The notes beneath the pieces are model-generated. The model was not told the DNA's origin and did no database searches. It saw only the letters and a list, made by a program, of their open reading frames with translations. This document shows, piece after piece, positions 57,995-64,000 of a stretch of DNA of 64,000 bases. Where the stretch lies: NCBI GenBank assembly GCA_963666275.2, contig CAXXOA010000002.1, positions 2,176,001 to 2,240,000 on the forward strand, written 5' to 3'. How positions within the stretch are numbered: position 1 is the stretch's first letter; every line of letters starts with the position of its first letter. The translations under genes were made by a program, and so were the position numbers. This stretch comes from Oceanispirochaeta sp. Its GTDB lineage: Bacteria > Spirochaetota > Spirochaetia > DSM-2461.

Positions 57995-58960
57995 ATGCAA
58001 GTCAAAAAAGGAATATCAATAAAAAAAACCATAGCGTCTTTTCCTCAGATTTTTTGGGGTATCCTACTCCTGGGATTCGTGTTCTCTGTCCTTTCCGGGA
58101 ATTTTCTGACAGGAAGGAATCTTTTAAATATATTACAACAGGGCTCATTCCTGATTGTCATATGCATGGGGGTCATAATTGTTAAGATTATGGGGGGGAT
58201 AGAGCTTTCCGTTGGAGGCGTTATGTCACTGGCGGGTATGGTAATGGCCTATACTATCGTAAATTTTCAGTTTTCAATTTTTGGAGGAATCCTTGTTGCA
58301 GTTGTTGTCGGTGCTTTAGCTGGTGGTTTCAATGGAATCTTTGTTGAAAAAATGAATGTGCCATCTTTTATTGCTACCCTTGGAATGCAGTATATAGCTG
58401 TTAGTCTGGCTCTTGTCATCAATGATGGTAATGTTGTTTGGGGGTTACCAGAAGAAGTTTCCGTCATTAGTAAAAGTTCTATTTTGGGGATTCCCTTTTT
58501 AATTTTTATTACCATTTTTGCTGTTTTATTCACGTTCATAATTTTGCACTATACTGTTTTGGGGAGCTATTTTTATGCTATCGGCGGTAATGAAGAAGCC
58601 TTGAAGCTTTCGGGGAAAAAATCCTGGGTATATAAAATTATTGGATATTCCTTAAGTGGTATCTTTGCAGCAATTGCAGGAGTCATGATGACCATAAGAA
58701 TGCAGGCTGCCCAGCCTACAATTGGAATAGGAATGGAATTTGAAGCATTTTCAAGTTGTGTTTTGGGAGGGGCTATTGCTGCAGGTAAAGGAGACGCAAT
58801 AGGAGCTTTACTCGGTGGCCTTTTTATTATCGTTCTAAGAAGTGGTCTGAACAATATAGGAATTTCAACTTTCTATCAGCTGGCAATTATAGGGATGTCT
58901 ATTATTGTCTCGATAGTTATTACAATATTCCTCAATAAAAAAATGAACGGAATGGTTTAA
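57995..58960 (+). CDS. RbsC-like ABC permease 1
   Basis: GGIELSVG, PSFIATLG, YAIGGN. Confidence 0.92.
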   Translation: MQVKKGISIKKTIASFPQIFWGILLLGFVFSVLSGNFLTGRNLLNILQQGSFLIVICMGVIIVKIMGGIELSVGGVMSLAGMVMAYTIVNFQFSIFGGILVAVVVGALAGGFNGIFVEKMNVPSFIATLGMQYIAVSLALVINDGNVVWGLPEEVSVISKSSILGIPFLIFITIFAVLFTFIILHYTVLGSYFYAIGGNEEALKLSGKKSWVYKIIGYSLSGIFAAIAGVMMTIRMQAAQPTIGIGMEFEAFSSCVLGGAIAAGKGDAIGALLGGLFIIVLRSGLNNIGISTFYQLAIIGMSIIVSIVITIFLNKKMNGMV

Positions 58961-58995
58961 GTTTTGGATTTTTAAACAAAAGAAAGAGAGATCGT

Positions 58996-59985
58996 ATGGA
59001 AAACACACTAATAAAAACAGGGAATAATGAGTCCTTGAAAACCGTGGTATTGGGGTATCTTCTGAAGTCATCAAGGGTACTGATACTACTTATTCTTATG
59101 CTGATTCTGACTATTTTATCCCCAAGTTTTGCAAATAAAACAAACTTGATAAATGTATTCAGACAAGCTGTGCCTCAAATAATTCTTGCCCTTGGTATGT
59201 CTGTTGTTCTTCTGACAGGAGGTATCGATCTCTCTATGGGATCAACGACAACTCTTGCCGCCGTAGTGGTGGCGCATGCAATGAAGAATATGCATTGTCA
59301 TTGGATGCTGAGTATTTTAATCGGCTTGGGAGTCGGTGTCCTGATCGGATTGGTCAATGGTCTACTAATTACAAAAACAGACTTACCTTCTCCGGTTGCA
59401 ACTTACGGAATGTTATGGGTAGGCAGCGGTCTTGCTTTTGCCGTAATGGGAGCTTTCCCCATTTTCGGTTTTGACGACGCATTCAGGTTCATCGGCACGG
59501 GGTACATCGGCTGGATGCCTGTGCAAGTTATTATCGTTTTAGTTTTAATTGTTATTTTTGCTTTCTTTCTCAAGTTTACAATCTTCGGAAGAAGGATTTA
59601 TGCAGTAGGGTCGAACTTCCGTGCTGCAACAGCTTCAGGTATTAAAAGCAAAATTGTACTGATAGAGGCATATTTAATAAGTGGTGCTATGGCTGCCGTT
59701 GCAGGAGTTGTTTTATTGTCAAGGCTGAATGCGGCCGATCAGAACTCGGGTGCAGCACTTTTGCTGCCTGCTATAGCAGGACCGGTTATGGGAGGTACAA
59801 GTATGAAAGGAGGTGAAGGAGGTGTTTGGGGAGCAATCGTTGGATCTTTAATTATTGTCATTATTACAAACGGGATGAATCTGCTGAAAGTGTCTTCACT
59901 ATGGCAGCAATTCATTGTCGGATTAACAGTTGTTCTGGCTGTTTGGTTGGATTCAATCCTAAAAAAGAAGTCGGAAAACCGGTAA
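58996..59985 (+). CDS. RbsC-like ABC permease 2
   Basis: GGIDLSMGS, YAVGSN, GGTSMKGGEG. Confidence 0.92.
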   Translation: MENTLIKTGNNESLKTVVLGYLLKSSRVLILLILMLILTILSPSFANKTNLINVFRQAVPQIILALGMSVVLLTGGIDLSMGSTTTLAAVVVAHAMKNMHCHWMLSILIGLGVGVLIGLVNGLLITKTDLPSPVATYGMLWVGSGLAFAVMGAFPIFGFDDAFRFIGTGYIGWMPVQVIIVLVLIVIFAFFLKFTIFGRRIYAVGSNFRAATASGIKSKIVLIEAYLISGAMAAVAGVVLLSRLNAADQNSGAALLLPAIAGPVMGGTSMKGGEGGVWGAIVGSLIIVIITNGMNLLKVSSLWQQFIVGLTVVLAVWLDSILKKKSENR

Positions 59986-60021
59986 TTTGACCAGTAAATC
60001 TTATGAAATACGAGGGAAAAA

Positions 60022-60975
60022 ATGAAAAAAAGAGTTCTTGTTATGTTAACGGTGTTGTTTATTACTGGCTTTGCATTTTCAGAAGGTTCTCAGGAAAGTT
60101 CAAAATCTAAAAACTCTCTGGAGATCGCTTTTATCAACAAATCCTTTGCTAATCCTTTTTTTGAATATATGAGGCTTGCGGTTGTTGAAATGGCAGATGA
60201 AGAAGGGTTTACGCTTTCATATCTGGCTCCTACGAAGCCTTACAATCTTGAAGAACAAACAAGGCTGATGGATGATGCTATTGCCAAAGGCGTAGACGGA
60301 ATCGTACTTGTACCAGTAGATAGTTCCGGAATGGTTCCTGTAGTGGAACGGGCCAATCAGGCAGGCGTTCCGGTTGCGATTGTCAACACAAAGATAAACG
60401 GCGGTGATATTGTATCATTCTCAGCAATTGAGAACTACGATGCTATGACGGTGGTAGCAGAGGCCGTCGCCAAAGAATTAGCCGGAAAGGGAAAAGTTGT
60501 TGTCATTGAAGGAACAGCAGGAAACCAAACTGCTGCCGATAGACTAAAGGCAATTGAAGATGTTATAAGTAGAAACCCCGGAATCGAGATCCTTGCCTCT
60601 CAAACAGCTAATTTTGACAGAGCTCAGGGGATGTCTGTTATGGAAAATCTAATTCAAACCTACTCAGAAATTGACGGCGTACTATCCTGTAATGCAACAA
60701 TGGCACTGGGAGCTATAGAGGCGCTTCGTTCAGCTGGAAGACTAAATAATATTGTCATTGCCGGATTCGACATGACTGCGGATGCGGTACAAGCTATTAT
60801 GGATGGGGATATGTTCGTAACAATGGATCAGAATCCTGAAGCCCAGGCAATCAGCGGGGTTAGAGCTGTACTAAATGCTATAAAAGGGATGGAAGTTGAA
60901 AAACAGGTTAAAATAGATGGTGTTCTGATAAATGCATCAAATGTAGATGAATATAAATATGTTCTTGATAATTAA
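60022..60975 (+). CDS. RbsB-like ABC solute-binding protein
   Basis: Signal peptide; NPFF, QTANFDR, IAGFD, MDQNP. Confidence 0.92.
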   Translation: MKKRVLVMLTVLFITGFAFSEGSQESSKSKNSLEIAFINKSFANPFFEYMRLAVVEMADEEGFTLSYLAPTKPYNLEEQTRLMDDAIAKGVDGIVLVPVDSSGMVPVVERANQAGVPVAIVNTKINGGDIVSFSAIENYDAMTVVAEAVAKELAGKGKVVVIEGTAGNQTAADRLKAIEDVISRNPGIEILASQTANFDRAQGMSVMENLIQTYSEIDGVLSCNATMALGAIEALRSAGRLNNIVIAGFDMTADAVQAIMDGDMFVTMDQNPEAQAISGVRAVLNAIKGMEVEKQVKIDGVLINASNVDEYKYVLDN

Positions 60976-61169
60976 ATAAGTTCATTGAATTGGGATAATT
61001 TTAATAAAATATTCTGGGCTATTCTTATATGGAATGGCCCAATTTATAGATTTATGATACATATTATTATGAACGATTTCTTTTATTGGCAAGTGGTACT
61101 TATAAAAAAGAAAAGTATTTCTGGCATAGAGTCGTTTGATACTATCAGCATGGTGGAATTATTCTTAGT

Positions 61170-61928
61170 ATGACGGATTTTATTATGTCTTTCGATTTGT
61201 CGGTAGTACAATGGGTTTTTCTTTTTTTAGGTTCATTCTTAACAGGTGTTGCCCGAACAGGGATTTTCGGCGTAATGCTGTTGGTTGTGCCCTTGTTATC
61301 CTTGAAAATGCCCGGAAAGGAAGCAGCAGGACTAATTCTTCCCCTTATGGTGGCAGGTGATTTTGTAGCTGCTTATGTCTACCGGAAATCGTTTGTTAAA
61401 AAAGCGGTTTTTCAAATACTGCCGTGGCTTGTACTGGGGGTCGCAATCGGTACGATTGTCGGCGGTATTGTATCAAATGAGTTGTTTAATAATCTCATGG
61501 CAGGAATGACATTTACCTGTGCTGCATTTGTAGTATGGAATGAATACAGGAAGGGCGACCCGGTCAGACTTAAACTCTGGTTCATAATCCTGATCGGACT
61601 ATTAAGCGGATTTGCCTCAATGATTGGTAATGCCTCAGGACCGGTTATCACTGTGTATTTCATTGCATTGAATCTGAAAAAAAGGGAATATGTATCATCC
61701 GTAGTCTGGCTGTTTTGGATTGTGAATATAATCAAGCTCCCGTTCCATGTTTTTGCCTGGCATACCGTAGATTTCAATGTCCTGAAACTTGATCTCCTAT
61801 TGTGTCCGGCCCTTATCCTTGGATTAATTAGTGGGGTGTCGTTGATTCGAAAAATCCCGGAAAAACCGTTCAGGGTCGTGATTTTTATAAGTATCCTTCT
61901 TGCAGGGGGGTTGCTCTTAATCCAATAA
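61170..61928 (+). CDS. TauE/SafE (TSUP) family membrane transporter
   Basis: Hydrophobic; LILPLMVAGD, SMIGNASGP, NIIKLPF. Confidence 0.85.
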   Translation: MTDFIMSFDLSVVQWVFLFLGSFLTGVARTGIFGVMLLVVPLLSLKMPGKEAAGLILPLMVAGDFVAAYVYRKSFVKKAVFQILPWLVLGVAIGTIVGGIVSNELFNNLMAGMTFTCAAFVVWNEYRKGDPVRLKLWFIILIGLLSGFASMIGNASGPVITVYFIALNLKKREYVSSVVWLFWIVNIIKLPFHVFAWHTVDFNVLKLDLLLCPALILGLISGVSLIRKIPEKPFRVVIFISILLAGGLLLIQ

Positions 61929-62042
61929 TAATCTAATGATTATAAACAATCAAGGATCTGAAAATAAGGGGGGGGGATATTGTTTCTGATATGTCTCCTG
62001 AAAAGGTCAATAGATTTATACAAATTGCCCTCATTGATGACA

Positions 62043-62358
62043 TCAATCAGTTTGCTGTTTTTCTCTATGACAACTTTCTTTATTCCCCGATTTCAAGACC
62101 AGTTTTATTTTCTCGACTTCCTCTTTTAACTTACTGGTAATCTCTGAAATAAGTGGTTCATCTTTGTGGTAAACCATCAGATACCACAATCCCTGGTGCT
62201 CCATAATAAACCGTAATTCGAGAATGTTTTTTAAATCTTTTTTACGCAAAAGCATGGTCCATGATAAGGCCTCTTGTGAAACATTTGAACTTTTACATAC
62301 GAAGGTTCCTTCTGGATTCCGTAATTCAATAGTCCCCAGATATTGGAATATTTTTCAT
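62043..62358 (-). pseudogene. FadR-type regulator pseudogene lacking the HTH and C-terminus
   Basis: ATGAAAAATATT joined directly to FQYLGTIELRNPEGTF...MEHQGLWYLMVY, paralogous to 51289-51999. Confidence 0.85.
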
Positions 62359-62457
62359 ATTTTCTATCTACTTATCAATTTATTTATTTAAGATTCTAGT
62401 TGATTCTCACAGCGCAGACAAGCATACCTAGCCGTTTTCACCTTCTATAAGTTTCTC

Positions 62458-62515
62458 TTGACAACCAAATAAACCATGATACTATTGTATTATAATCATC
62501 ATATGGTCAGATGAT
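62458..62515 (+). promoter_or_regulatory. Promoter plus second copy of CATCATATGGTCAGATGAT
   Basis: TTGACA at 62458; 19-mer at 62497-62515. Confidence 0.75.
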
Positions 62516-62557
62516 GAGACTGATCAGTGTGGGATGGATTTATGGATAGAGGAGGAA

Positions 62558-63622
62558 ATGAGGATGAAAGCAAAAATTGCATTCCTGTATGGACCTAAAG
62601 ATCTGAGAGTAGAGGAAGTGGAGGTTCCGAAACTGCAGCCTAATCAGGTTCTTATTAAAACCGGTGCCTGTGGAATTTGCGGTTCCGATGTCGAGTGTTA
62701 CGAAGGCGAATCCGCTGAGGGCCGATATGACCTGGGACCTTATACCCCCGGGCATGAATGGGGCGGTGAAATTGTTGAAGTCGGATCAGGATTACGAAGT
62801 ACTTTAAAAATCGGGGATAAGGTTACCGGAGATTGCGTTATGGGGTGTGGCGTTTGTGCAAACTGTAAAGACGGTAGAATGCCATCGGCCTGTTTGAATT
62901 TCAGAGAGATCGGATTCCGTCCCGACTCTCCCGGAGGGATGGGTGAGTATATGGTCGTGGAAGAGCAGTATGTTCATAAGATTCCCGATCATTGGAGCTA
63001 TGCCGACGGTGCCTGGGTAGAAACCTTTTCCATCGGTTATTACGGTATATGGGGCGGAAATGGTTTTATCGACGCCAGCGATATAGCAATCATCAATGGA
63101 GCAGGTCCGGTTGGTCTTTCTGCAACCATGGTTGCTGCAACTGCAGGAGCAAAGACGATTGTTATCGATCCGTTGCCATTAAGAAGAGATACGGCAATGA
63201 AATACGGAGCCGATCTGGTCCTTGATCCAACCGCTGGTGATATTCTCGAACAGGTAATGGATGTTACCAATGGGCACGGTGGCGATGTTTGTGTGGAGGC
63301 TTCTGGCAACGACACAGCGATTGCATCTCTGTTTGATATCTCTGCCCACAGTGCCAGAGTTAGAACGATAGGACATTCTATTGGAAGAAAGGTTCCTGTT
63401 GAAATCGGTAAGACAATTTGGAAAACTCTTGGAATAGAAGGATCGGGTGGTACAAAGGATTTTGGTCAGCGTACGATCAGGTTTATGGATCGAATTTATG
63501 ATAAATACGATTTTGCAGCGCTGAATTCCCATCATTTTAATTTTTCTAAGCTTCACGAAGCGATGGATACGGCGATTCATCACAAAGCAGATGCTTTGAA
63601 AGTTATGCTGAACTTCGACTGA
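62558..63622 (+). CDS. Zn-dependent medium-chain dehydrogenase, close paralog of 42301
   Basis: GICGSDVECYEGESAEGRYD, GHEW, CGVCANC; start 62558 or 62564. Confidence 0.92.
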   Translation: MRMKAKIAFLYGPKDLRVEEVEVPKLQPNQVLIKTGACGICGSDVECYEGESAEGRYDLGPYTPGHEWGGEIVEVGSGLRSTLKIGDKVTGDCVMGCGVCANCKDGRMPSACLNFREIGFRPDSPGGMGEYMVVEEQYVHKIPDHWSYADGAWVETFSIGYYGIWGGNGFIDASDIAIINGAGPVGLSATMVAATAGAKTIVIDPLPLRRDTAMKYGADLVLDPTAGDILEQVMDVTNGHGGDVCVEASGNDTAIASLFDISAHSARVRTIGHSIGRKVPVEIGKTIWKTLGIEGSGGTKDFGQRTIRFMDRIYDKYDFAALNSHHFNFSKLHEAMDTAIHHKADALKVMLNFD

Positions 63623-63644
63623 TAATATATCAATTCCTAATCTG

Positions 63645-63670
63645 ACACGGCAGGAGTTTTCCTGCTGTGT
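63645..63670 (+). terminator. Intergenic stem-loop
   Basis: ACACGGCAGGA-GTTT-TCCTGCTGTGT. Confidence 0.5.
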
Positions 63671-63699
63671 ATAGTACTTCTTTTAAAACAGGAAACATT

Positions 63700-64000
63700 A
63701 TGGAAAAAAAGGAAAATGTTCTGGAGATGCAGGGCATATCGAAGTATTTTCCAGGCGTTCAAGCGCTTAAGGACGTAAATTTTTCGGTCCGAAAAGGCGA
63801 AATCCATGCATTAATCGGTGAAAATGGGGCTGGGAAATCGACTTTGATGAAAGTGCTCCTGGGAATGCATCATCCTGATGAGGGAACGATTATCCTGAAT
63901 GGTGAAAATGTCCAGATAAACAGTCCGCATGATGCTCTTTCCAAAGGGGTTTCAATGATTCATCAGGAGCTGAGTTTAGTCCCGGAAAGAACAGTTGCGG
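63700..64000 (+). CDS. Sugar ABC ATP-binding protein, 5' part; runs off the window
   Basis: [26 protein letters not shown]...[12 protein letters not shown]. Confidence 0.93.
   Translation, partial: MEKKENVLEMQGISKYFPGVQALKDVNFSVRKGEIHALIGENGAGKSTLMKVLLGMHHPDEGTIILNGENVQINSPHDALSKGVSMIHQELSLVPERTVA

Overview
Bacterial genomic DNA, probably from an anaerobic Spirochaetaceae member (inferred from Cys-less 'AGGAQE/ANGGQD/SEGSQE' solute-binding protein N-termini and gene style). The window is almost entirely catabolic and has four parts. (1) 1-13.9 kb: a DUF438/hemerythrin-PAS pair, a small LDCC-motif gene behind a CsoR-like operator, a LacI-controlled InoEFGK-like ABC transporter with a glycerophosphodiesterase, and several single genes. 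(2) 14.2-35.1 kb: five transcription units share a 16-bp operator (GAWWATCGAWAATCGA), probably read by the local GntR. They encode three separate dikinase-module proteins: a stand-alone ATP-grasp with altered catalytic residues, an RPH/PpsA-like acceptor plus phospho-His protein, and a PPDK lacking its ATP-grasp but fused to a wHTH/Rv1126c-like domain. They also encode an HPr-kinase-like P-loop protein, an atypical transaldolase, an MBL hydrolase, dehydrogenases and two xanthine-dehydrogenase-type molybdoenzymes. I cannot match this set to a described pathway, and it is the best candidate for a novel system. (3) A 3' half of tRNA-Leu(GAG) at 35689-35740 that looks like an att site bounding a genomic island on the right. 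(4) 35.7-64 kb: the putative island, with a broken BrnT/BrnA-type TA pair, a duplicated Thermotoga-type inositol pathway (iolG, iolM x2, iolN x2, iolO x2, uxaE), three sugar ABC systems, GntR/FadR regulators with visible operators, two FadR pseudogenes and a decayed IS3. All homology calls come from motif recognition, not database searches.
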